DNA from: Octopus bimaculoides
Lineage: Eukaryota
DNA length: 44,177 nt
Reading direction: 5' to 3'
Assembly: GCF_001194135.2 (NCBI RefSeq)
Contig: NC_068984.1
Coordinates: 90,445,776 to 90,489,952, forward strand
This document shows positions 12,590 to 22,830 of the stretch, piece by piece. Within the stretch, counting starts at the first letter, position 1. Each line of letters opens with the position of its first letter. Made by a program: the position numbers and the translations under genes. The notes beneath the pieces are model-generated. The model worked only from the letters and a program-made list of their open reading frames with translations, had not been told where the DNA came from and ran no database searches.

Positions 12590-12790
12590 AACACTGAGCA
12601 GAAATCACATCGCATCCAGGCGGCTCAGCCGGCTATGCGACGCTCAGTTTCAGTTAGACAATCGGATTTCCCTAGTCTGAACCGGTTACAAGTCGACCGT
12701 TTCTGTACGTCATAGCAGCTGCCAACCAACACACGAGCGAGCTTCTGTGTTGTTCAATGTCAATCTATGGAAACGCGTCGCGTGACACTG
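12590..12790. promoter_or_regulatory. CpG/GC-rich island; candidate promoter or first exon
   Basis: It has many CpGs in an otherwise CpG-poor region, a TCAGTT initiator-like motif, ACGTCA and CAGCTG motifs, and a minus-strand CAG|GTAAAA donor near 12552. There is no direct functional evidence. Confidence 0.3.
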
Positions 12791-12819
12791 CTCTATTCAC
12801 AAAAAAAAATCATTATCAA

Positions 12820-13870
12820 CTTCTCTAACCCTCCTAATTACAATCCTTCCGCTCTTACTCCCAGTATCTCAAAAGTGAGTGAAACAGTCGTAAAACGACT
12901 ATCTTTACAAATTTATAAATTTCTTCTTTTTCGAAGATCACCGATTCGGTTTCTATAGGTTTCACCGATTCGGTTTCACTGTCTGTCGATAACTACAACG
13001 AAAACAATGTTGTTGTCTTTGATGTCAGTGAAGTCTTTCATTGGCTGGAAAAGAATAATGTAGTTTGCTTCTCTGTAAGTTCTATCCGTCTCATATGCCT
13101 AACACCAGGAGTCTCATGTTAAACTGATTCATCCCTAACATACACTCTTTCAATTCTTCGAATTTCGGTTATGCTCCAAAACTCTTTCCTCTGTAACAAA
13201 AAATTACCTTTTTCTACTTCTAACAAATTGCACTCCTACACAGAAAAATAACACCCTTGACTCCACCTTGACCTTCTGATACAAGTGTCATCTCAATGCA
13301 ATTTAAACATCTCAAATCAAACTGTTTCAGCTAGTCGTAATCTTGAAATCAACCTCCGATCAGGACATAACAAGAGAGCCAAAAACAATAATCGTGTGTG
13401 TGAAAGAAGCAAGTTTCTTTCACTACATAGCCATAAATAAGACACAAAGCCCTCAAATTTGCTACTGTTTCACGAGTAGGTATTCTAAACTATGTCAAAA
13501 AAAGTTATATCAGCCATCCAGCTGACTGATCAGATACAACCACTGGTTCACTAACAAGCAACAACTACTCACTGGCTCACGATTCCTCTTTCTTCTCTTT
13601 GTCTCTTCTGTTGTTATTATAATGACCTCTACTCCTTTGATTCAAGCTGTGCAAACCACCTCTGCTCTAACACATGCGATACACCTCTTTTTTCATCTTC
13701 TTGTTACCCTTGCTATATCTCACCATACCGCTCCCTAGTTGTATACTCAGCACTTTTCTCAATCCTTCCTTCCCAGAACGGTAATCTTCTGATAATCCGT
13801 CTTGTTTTTACATTGAACTACAAAGCTCAAATCGGAAACCAATCACATTGATCTCACCAGTTTGGAAAGA
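12820..13870 (+). mobile_element. Highly decayed CR1/Jockey-group LINE RT region
   Basis: SNPPNYNPSALTPSISKVSETVV (cf. SNYRPISL..ISKV.E), EDHRFGF (cf. QYGF), DVSEVF (cf. DISKAFD), and a C-terminal SQSFLPRT-like segment. Confidence 0.65.
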
Positions 13871-14739
13871 TACTAGACACTAAACTTTTCCTCTGATTAA
13901 TTAATAAAAAGCCATGTTGACAAACTTTTATATTCTATAACTTTAACTCTTAACGACCGACACAATAGATGATAGTCCGGTTACCGATTATTAAATATAT
14001 CCGTTCTAACATGCAAGGATTAAACCATTCATCATTAAACTGTCTTATGTCTATATTGAATATCTAATAAGATTTTATTCGGTGTTCTGATGTCGATCTA
14101 ATACTGTTATCTTTTAAGCTTCTACTTCAATGATTATACCAATATTTCATCTCCACTTATTTAAATGTCTAAATTACACATAACCACTTGAAAAAGCCAA
14201 AATAAATATCATTAAAAACTTAAATATCCACTTCATGTTTTTTTTTTATTATTAAACATGATTATTTCCTGCTCTAGTTCATTTTTTTTTCTTTTCATAG
14301 GCTTTCGGAAGAAATGTTACAGAAAGAAAAAACCAGGAATAAAATCAAAACATGTTTGTTGAAACTAAACTTTTATCATTAACTTATGCACAACACAAAA
14401 TATGCAATAGTGTATAGCTTGGCATAAGTAAAGTTTAAAACAAAAAAGTATCAGTAAATCCATTAAAAAAGTTTGGTGCCTTAGCATAACACTTTTGAAT
14501 AAATTTGTACGATTTTATGTCCTTTGGATTTGCATAATTGGAGTACCTATAAGCGGGATATGTTTATCATTTAATATTTTACTTAAATACAGAGAATAAG
14601 ATGCTCAAAACCTAGTAGAAAATTGCTGACTGTGACATGTTATCTCAAACTACAGATCTATGTAACTATATTTTCTTGTTGTAAATAAGAAGTGTCATTA
14701 TTCTATAACCTGCAACTATAATTTGTTTTACTATAATCT

Positions 14740-15025
14740 CAGGATGAGTCTGTTAAAATTTGCCCAAGACTTCACACAGATTTTATGGGGAAAAATATCA
14801 ACTTCAGCACTGTAATATATTGAGTTAATTCCCTTTGATTGTAAGATTCCAGTATCCAATATCCAGAATTTCATCGCTCCTAAAGGAGGAATCCCTCCCT
14901 GAACTCCTTTCACCGTTGTCTATCACTGGCCCCCAGATAGCGGGTAGAGTCATCTCGCTATGTTGTATTTGGTTGGCCTTTTGATCTTGTCCATTATCTT
15001 GGTGTCCATTCCGTTGCCCTTCAGT
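14740..15025 (-). mobile_element. Possible decayed LINE RT fragment (R1/LOA/I-group-like)
   Basis: One minus frame reads GMDTKIMDKI...TTVKGVQGGIPPLG..WILD..LQSKGINSIYYSAEVDI, loosely like KGxPQGGxLSPLLW..YADDV. It contains several stops. Confidence 0.3.
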
Positions 15026-15032
15026 TGCAGGG

Positions 15033-15437
15033 GTGAAGGGCGTAGTGAAAGTGAATCTGGAAGATGGGAGGAGGATCGAGACATGAGGGTGGTGTTGCTG
15101 GATGACGGAGAGGCAGCTGGACTGCAGGAGATGTTTGGAGGTGGGATGGATGGTGCACCATTGCGGTTTCAATATGATGAACTATTACCTGTGGTAAAGT
15201 TTGAAGATCTAATGGCTTTTTTTTATTTAAACACGATACAAACTGAATTGTAAAAACAGTAAAATGGAACTTTTTACTTTCGTGGGTAGAAAGCCATTTC
15301 ATTTCATTATCATAATTTTTCACACCTCATAATTCATTCGTTAATCGTTCTATGTAATCCACATTTGTCTTGTCTGTCCTTGTGATGTTCCTTCTATATA
15401 TAAGGCTTTATGCCTGCAATAAAGAGAGGAGAGTACG
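15033..15437 (+). mobile_element. 5'-truncated copy (ORF C-terminus plus 3' UTR) of the ORF1-only element
   Basis: It aligns with 16633-17009: MRVVLLDDGEAAGLQEMFGGGMDGAPLRFQYDELLPVVKFEDL, then a near-identical UTR ending TATATAAGGCTTTATGCCTGCAATAAAGAGAG. Confidence 0.88.
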
Positions 15438-17009
15438 CATAGCCTGGTTGTTGTGTCTTGATTTCGCTTGCATGTGAATTATTGCTTTGTTAATTTGAAG
15501 TACGGAATTGTTGAATTACTGAATTGTTGAATATTGTGATTGTTGAATTTGTGATTTTTTGAATTTGTTGAAAATTTTATTTGGCTTCCCATTTATGGGT
15601 GAAGCGGTGAACAACGCGAATATGAATACGTAGGTACAAACAGGCAGTTATGCGGCGGTGACGGGCAAAAGCCTGACAGCTGTGCTACTGCAGATACGTG
15701 AACTGGAAGCAAAGGACATAGACTACAAGAAGTGTAATATCTTGTTGAAGAAGGAGGATGCCCAAGACTGACACCTGCCAAAAAAGTGACGGAGAAGACA
15801 GAAAGAAAAATTATTACTCATAAAACGTTGAATATAGCGACAAGGAAGGTGGAAATAGCAGGCGTTGAAGCGATAGAAGAATGCTTAAATGAAGTAAAAG
15901 AAGTAACTACTTTCTATACCAGAGGACGAAAGTTCGTCACGGTGTAGGTACGCTTCGTTAATGAGAACGAAGCAAAGAAATACTCCACCGTAGCCTTGAA
16001 ATCGGCACAGTGGGCACTGTTATCTACTTACTGCGGAAGACGTGCGGCCAGAGTGAGGATAGGGAGAGTGCCACCCGAAATAAACGAGGCATGGCTGGTG
16101 GCAGTTCAACTGATGGGGATATGGCCTGGATGTTATGGTACATATCAGCCTGCCTGACCTCCACAAAGTTGCGGAAGAAATAATACTACCCGATGAAACC
16201 AGACTGAGAATCATGGTGGAGGGTAGACCGCCAATGTTTCAAATGTGGAGTAAGGGGGCACATGAAGGCAAAGTGTCCCCAGAAACACGAACAGGAGGTG
16301 GTGGAGAAGGAGTGTCAGGAAGAAGTAAATGTAAGAGCAGAGGAGGAAGTAGAGTTCACTGAGGTAGAGAAAAAAAGAGGAAATAGTGAATCTCCACCGA
16401 AAAAGAAAAGAAAAGCAGAGAAAAAGGAAAAAAATGAAGCAACGGGAGATCAAACACAAGGGCCGGAGCCATCAACAAGTAAGAAGGAGGAGGGACGGAA
16501 GGAACTGGAAGATGAGATAGAAACACCAGTAATAAGGGCAGAGAATGAAGTGAGAAAGCCACGTAAAGGGAAACATGAAAGAATGATGGTGATGTACGAG
16601 AAAAGTGTAGAAATAGAAAAACGAATTGCAAAAATGAAAGGCGTAATAAGAGTAAAACTGGCAGATAAGGAGGAAAATCGAAACATGAAAGCAGTGTTGC
16701 TAGATGATGAAAAGGCAGCTTGACTGAAAGAGATATTTGGAAGTAGGATGGATAATATGCCATTATGGTTTCAATATGATGGACTACTACCTGTGGTAAA
16801 GTTTGAAGATCTGCTGAATTGTAAAAACAGTAAAATGGAACTTTCTACTTTGGTGGGTAGAAAGCCATTTCATTATCATAATTTTTCACACCTCATAATT
16901 CATTCGTTAATCGTTCTATGGTTCTATGTACCCCACGTTTGTGTTGTCTGTCCTTGTGATGTGCCTTCTATATATAAGGCTTTATGCCTATAATAAAGAG
17001 AGAAGTACG
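15438..17009 (+). mobile_element. Apparently full-length ORF1-only (Tx1-derived, HAL1-like) non-autonomous retroelement; ORF1 decayed
   Basis: A TTGAATT-repeat 5' UTR is followed by ATG at 15595. The frameshifted ORF1 reads GSYAAV..EECL..RGRKFVTV*VRF..LLSTYCGRRAARVRIGRVPPEINEAW..VEGRPP-CFKCGVRGHMKAKC, homologous to ORF1 at 43-44 kb. An E/K-rich tail leads to AATAAA at 16992 with no EN/RT. Confidence 0.8.
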
Positions 17010-17049
17010 TGTAGAATGTGTTGATAGTCGTGTCTGTGTTGATACAGAA

Positions 17050-17257
17050 ATTATACTGTGATACTGAGTGGACGTTATAACGATCCAACCTTTTGAGGAC
17101 ACTTTTGATGATAATAACACTGTACGACTGGGGGTCGTACAGTGCCAGATTGGAACGTTCTATCGACGACTTCGGAATATAACAATATCTGTCAGAGCGA
17201 CAACCGTCGTACAAAGACAGATACAACAGAACTTATCACTAGGTTACCCTGATCCGT
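17050..17257 (+). other. CpG-rich unique segment with two hairpins; possible (pseudo)exon
   Basis: The open frame 17068-17274 has N-glycosylation sequons (NNT, NIT, NLS) and a GTAAGT donor at 17258. There is no convincing in-frame acceptor. Confidence 0.25.
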
Positions 17258-17635
17258 GTAAGTATCAAAAATAATTATCATTTTGTTAAAATATTGACAC
17301 ACTAGAATACTTAAAACATGAGAGCCAGATGTACCAATATAGTTAAAGTTTTATGCAAAGTAGAATAGAATATATGGTAGGCAAATTCATTATGTTAAAA
17401 ATGTGAAGACTTGGCAATAACTAAGGTAATAACTCAAGCAAATTTTACTGTGAATTTGTAGTTATAGGTAGATTTTACTGTAATATATAACTAATTTTTG
17501 CATTACTCTATTAATTGTACTAACTAATTATGTACTACTATTATTTTTATAACCTATTTTCAAATTTGTAATTGTTAATTAATAATTACAAAAGTTGATT
17601 TTTTAATGTGGAAAAATATTTTAAGTGAGTTATTT

Positions 17636-18661
17636 GGATCTTTTCCCTTTGAATGGCAGATCGAGAGATTAATTTTCTGTAACTAAACACTTTTAAACTT
17701 CGGACACTGGTAGAATGTGTCATATAAAACATCTTTTACTCTTAGTGTTTTTGAGAAAAGTTGATATTTTCAAAGTTATTTCGTGTTAAAGTAGTTGTAT
17801 TTCGGTAATTTCAACCAATTAATGACGTGTATTCAGCTGAATAAAATTACTGCCGTTGTTTGTCAACAACAACTATCGGCGGTGTATATTTCGTTTGTCA
17901 CTGTTATTTATGACATCGTTCATGCGTTTGTACTGGTTTTAGCTTTAGGGATTTAGGGTTAGGGATAAGGTTTTAGGGTTAGGGTTAGGTTTTTAGAGTT
18001 AGGGTTAGGGTTTTAGGGTTAGGGTTTTAGGGTTAAAGTTTTAGGGTTAGGGTTGGGGTTTTAGTGGTAGGGTTAGTGTTGGGATTTTAGGGTTAGAGTT
18101 ACGGAAAAAAGTGAAAAATGAAGAAATTGGAGGAATAGGAGTAGGGGGGCAAAAAAGTCTTTCCGAAAATAGTAGCTGTAAAACAGGAAAAGAAAACTAA
18201 AAGCAGTAGAAATGCACGAACGATTGTGGTGGTGCCATGAAGTAAACATGCTTTAGATACACTCGTTTATTCATACAAACGTAACTGAGATGAAATATGT
18301 CATAAATAANNNNNNNNNNCATGAAGTAAACATGCTTTAGATACACTCGTTTATTCATACAAACGTAACTGAGATGAAATATGTCATAAATAACAGTGAC
18401 AAACGAAATATACACCGCCGGAAGTTGTTGTTGACAAACAATAGTAGTAATTTTATTCAGCTCAATCGACGTCATTGATTGGTTGAAATTACCAAAATAC
18501 GACAACTTTAACACGAAATAACTTTGAAAATACAGAATTTTCTTAACAACGCCAACAGTAAAAGATGTTTTATGTGACATATTCTACCAGTATACGAAGT
18601 TTGAAAGTATTTAGTTACAAAAAATTGATTTTTCGATCTGCCGGTCAAAAGGTAAAGATTC
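17636..18661. mobile_element. Non-autonomous Mutator-like (MULE) element with ~280-bp TIRs and 9-bp TSD
   Basis: 17636-17916 is the imperfect reverse complement of 18381-18661 (GGATCTTTTCCC.../...GGTAAAGATTC). An identical GAGTTATTT flanks both ends (17627-17635 and 18662-18670). Confidence 0.9.
17944..18100 (+). repeat. Degenerate telomere-type (TTAGGG)n tract inside the MULE
   Basis: TTAGGG and TTTTAGGG units interspersed with variants. Confidence 0.92.
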
Positions 18662-18802
18662 GAGTTATTTTTTGTTACTAATAGAAATAACAAGTAATAG
18701 TTTTAATAAAATAGTAATAGTTTTAATAAAAGCTAATATTTTCTAAATCTAAATATTTTATTTGAAATTTTATCCTTAGCTGCAATATTTTAAGTAAAAA
18801 TT

Positions 18803-19425
18803 TTCTTGTTCTGTACTTTACGAGATGTAATAAGTTATCCTGAACTTTTCCAAGTGTAATCACTTGTCCTGTAATTTTCGAGGTTTATAATCTTAAGGAT
18901 ATTATTTCTCTTGCTCGCATTTTCCCCTGTAATATACATATTCTCAGCCAGAATTTGAGAAGCACAGAGTTTTATGCTCTGTGGCTGATTTCGGCCACTT
19001 TTCCTTTTCTATGGGGATATTTTTACCCGATTTTGTAAATCCTGTCTTCACAACGATTCTCTTGCGTTCGATCTCATATATATAAAGTATGGTTGCAGTT
19101 TGCTTTTCTCTCTTTTTTATTTGTCATCATCATCCTTTTGTTCCCTCTGATGTAATAATTACTCAACGAGGGGTACTCAGTTAGCTACACACCAGGCTGA
19201 AAATATCTTAACTATATGAAGGTCAGATTGTCATTAAGGAATCCCAAGTTAACTCACCAAAGATATAATTTGAAATTGTTAAGGGATTTCTTAACGACAA
19301 TCTAACCTTCATATAATCAAGGTATCTTCGGCCTGAAGTGTAGCTAGTTGAATACTCCTCGTTGAGTAATTATTATGTAGCCTGAATTACCTGCTCCACT
19401 CCTTCAATTTGAATATATACATGTG

Positions 19426-19466
<41 letters not shown>

Positions 19467-19578
19467 TTGTTTTGTACTTTATCAGATGTAATAAGTTGTC
19501 CCAAACTTTTCCAACTTGTCCTGTAATTTTCGAGGTTTATAATCTTAAGAATATTATTTCTCTTGCTCGCATTTTTCC
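18803..19578 (+). repeat. ~120-bp diverged direct repeat (18803-18926 and 19464-19578)
   Basis: Both copies contain CACTTGTCCTGTAATTTTCGAGGTTTATAATCTTAAG.ATATTATTTCTCTTGCTCGCATTTT (one substitution at the start). Confidence 0.9.
19162..19366. mobile_element. Hairpin MITE, ~90-bp TIRs, TA flanks
   Basis: TA|CTCAACGAGG...GAATCCC pairs with GGGATTTC...CCTCGTTGAG|TA. Confidence 0.85.
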
Positions 19579-22329
19579 ATATTATCCATGTTTTTTCCAG
19601 GCGATGCTATTATGCTAATTAATAATGTGTCAAATGTGTCAATTAGCAGTGTCGTTGATATTTTTTTCCTTGTCTCAATGACACCGGTGACATATATTAA
19701 AAGTCCCCTTATAGAACTATATTCATAAAGAAGTATAGAACTATATTATCACCCTCAAATTTGAGAAACAAACACTCACAACTTTTTCTTTTAAAACTTC
19801 ATTGCATGAGATTGATACCATGAAACTCCTCGAATTGTGCTCTATCATTTATGCATAATTAAAATATAGTTTGCTTTCAAAATAAAAAATTCAATTATAC
19901 TTAAATCCTATTTTTTGGCTTGCTTATATTGTTTTCATGATATTTTACCTCACAACTTTTTTTATACAATTTTTTGTTTCATGGGAACAAAACTATGAAA
20001 TTCTTTATGCTTTCTTCTATCATTGAAGCTAAGATAAATGTATTTTGCTTTTAAAATAAAAAAGTTATTTAGATCCAAACTTGAGTGTTGGCGTTACTTA
20101 CTCTCCTATAACGTTGCAACAAATTTTGATGTAAACTTTTTTCTACTGGATCAAATTTTATATGCCAAAATGTAGATAGAGACCAGTCTTCTTCAAAGAT
20201 CTTAACAGTTTTCAATTTTTGGTTCAGAACTGAATTAGCGACAAACTCTGAAAGATGCTGCGTGTGAGTAAATTGCGACCTTAAGAATATTATTCAATTA
20301 CTACCGTAGTTGAATGATACGTATATAAACATGGTGAAGTTTATTATAGTGCAGGAAGTTTATTATAGTGCGGGATTCAGAATACCTTAAACACAAATCT
20401 ATAGTTATTTATTTGAAAGTTTTCACTGTGGGTATTGCAGACGTTATGAAAAATAACCAATTACTCTCGTACGTAACTTACTATATATAAATATAGTGAG
20501 TTAAGTTCAAGTTCCCTGGTTCGCCGAAGAATCGAGATAAGGGGACGGTTATATACGAGGATTCCCTTATGTTTTTCTGTTTACTAGAGATAAAAATAAA
20601 ATATTTCTCCCATCAAATAAGCAACTTGTCATTTGTTATCTATTTGTCATCATAGATTTTCAGGTATTCTAATTACGCTGTGTTACCTAAATATACCACT
20701 ATTATATTCCTCTTAAAGTTGCCAGCTTCATTAACAATATTACCAGCTACGATAGCGAGTCAGCCTCATATCAAATTTCAAATCCTTTCATTTGAAATGA
20801 ACAACCGCCAAAGTAGGTATCCAACGTAATCATAATACAAAAAGCTGAGCATACTGAAATAAACATTAACAGCCTTAACAATGCACTTCTATAGGTCTAA
20901 AAACGACTTCATCATCATCATGCACAACAATATGAGAGTACAAAAATAAACGATATACAATTTCATCGCAAAATTCCTAAAAATCTCAAAAGAAAAGACG
21001 AAATTTTACTCCACTCACATCAACCATCCCAGATTTCCAATTCTGAAAAATTCAATAAAATCATTATCACAACATTGCTACTATAGTATATTTACATACA
21101 GAAACAAATTTGAAATTAGTGACAATGAAAGATTCCAGACAGCAACACTGCACGTCATTTAATAAGCCATTGAATATCGGAACGTACAGTGCAGAGAATC
21201 CTATCTTTTACTGTCACCATACATAAGTGAATTTCGAAACAATTTTAAAGGTTCCAACATGCCAATCTACAAAGATAATCGTACTTATATGATATTACTT
21301 GTAAGAATCTTCCCAAAAATTTGAGTCGATCAACAATGTATTTCTGAATACAAAATAAATTATCAAAAAAACGAACGCTTTCAAATGAGAAAATGACAAA
21401 ACTGAATCTTAAATTTAAAGCGATAATTTATGTAACATACAAATGTAGATGCAGGATTCGGTATTGTCGACGGTCTCACATATGATCGCATTACATTTTT
21501 TCTTCATCACACATGCATCATCAGGGGAAAGTTATTTTGTTGTGGTTTTAGTTTTTCTCCCTGAAAATTGATTTCTGTATTTCTGTCAAATTTCAGTCTT
21601 AATCCAGCATATTATATGTTGTTGCTTGTAGTGAACATGAATGCTATATCTTTATCTAATTTTGAAGAATTTAGTTTTCACGCTTCAAAGTAATCTTTAT
21701 TGCTGATATTCATGAGGGAAATTTTTCTCATCAATTTACTCAATTATATTTTTGTTGCATTTTTTGCAGTCGACACAGGAAAATTGCTTTTTCTTGTTAA
21801 GTGCCCTATCAACAACCAAAATAGAGGTCATATTATAATAATTATAATCTTAACATTGAGTAAAAGTTAAGCAAACACTCCTTTGGGTATGAACAAACAA
21901 GCATCGATTTCTTACTTAGATGCAAAGAAAAGAATTTGTAGGAATAGAGATGGCACTCGTATCTTTCTGAATTTTATAACCAATCTAAATCATATTTTTC
22001 AACAAATGCTAAAAACTTCTTTGAATTAGAAAATTGTCTGCATAAACCCACAAATAATAATCTAACACACAATTACCCGAAGCCAGCATACAAGCTTACA
22101 ACAATATTGTGACACAAAAAGATATAGCAAAAAGCTAAAACTACACAGTTGATCGGAAGCCTTAATTACACACGGAGTATAAATCACTATTCAGGAGCAA
22201 AATGACAATTTTGCCTGAAGCACTAAATACAGGTTAATTAACTCCAGATACTGGATTATTTTGGATTAGTTTGTGAGAATATTTTATGTCTTTAATAACA
22301 ATATTAGGAAGGTGACTAACCTCCAACAA

Positions 22330-22366
22330 TGTGTGTGTGTGTGTGTGTGTGCGTGTGTGTGTGTGT

Positions 22367-22434
<68 letters not shown>

Positions 22435-22786
22435 GTGTGTACATATATCTATAACTATAAAAGAGAGTTTGTATGTGTGTGTGTGCGTATGTTCCTTATA
22501 CATTCCAAAATCGAGGTGCCGATTGTGACGTATGGGGTATCAAGATTCATTACTATTTCGGCTACCAATTAAACTTTATTTTCTTTGACATATTTGCACC
22601 ATAGATTACAAAAATTTAAAATTATAATCTTTTACCTAAATCAACTATCATAAACATTTTATGACGATGATGACGTTACATTTTCTATATGTGTGTACTT
22701 TAAAAGATATCCTTCATCACGACACACACCTTCACTCACTTTGTCTCTCTGTCTCTCTTTCTCTCTTTCACACACACGCATGCACA

Positions 22787-22827
<41 letters not shown>

Positions 22828-22830
22828 ACA
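22330..22830. repeat. (GT)n tract 22330-22440 and (CT)n/(CA)n tract 22740-22830
   Basis: Directly visible; it explains the CV/HT ORFs. Confidence 0.95.

Noticed and set aside
14281-14400. Strong acceptor TTTTCTTTTCATAG at 14300
   Set aside because: All frames stop quickly and no partner exon was identified.
15033-17009. Canonical LTR retrotransposon
   Set aside because: There are no TG..CA ends, PBS or PPT. The repeat includes ORF coding sequence, and the ORF is homologous to non-LTR Tx1 ORF1.
17944-18100. True telomere or chromosome-fusion scar
   Set aside because: The tract is short, degenerate, single-orientation and enclosed by TIRs and a TSD.
18236-18392. ~74-bp direct duplication inside the MULE
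   Set aside because: The copies are identical and sit exactly either side of a 10-N gap, so this is a typical contig-overlap artefact.
21420-21720. Cys-containing frames and a YNMLD motif suggestive of a piggyBac C-terminus
   Set aside because: There are too many stops and too few motif residues to support the call.
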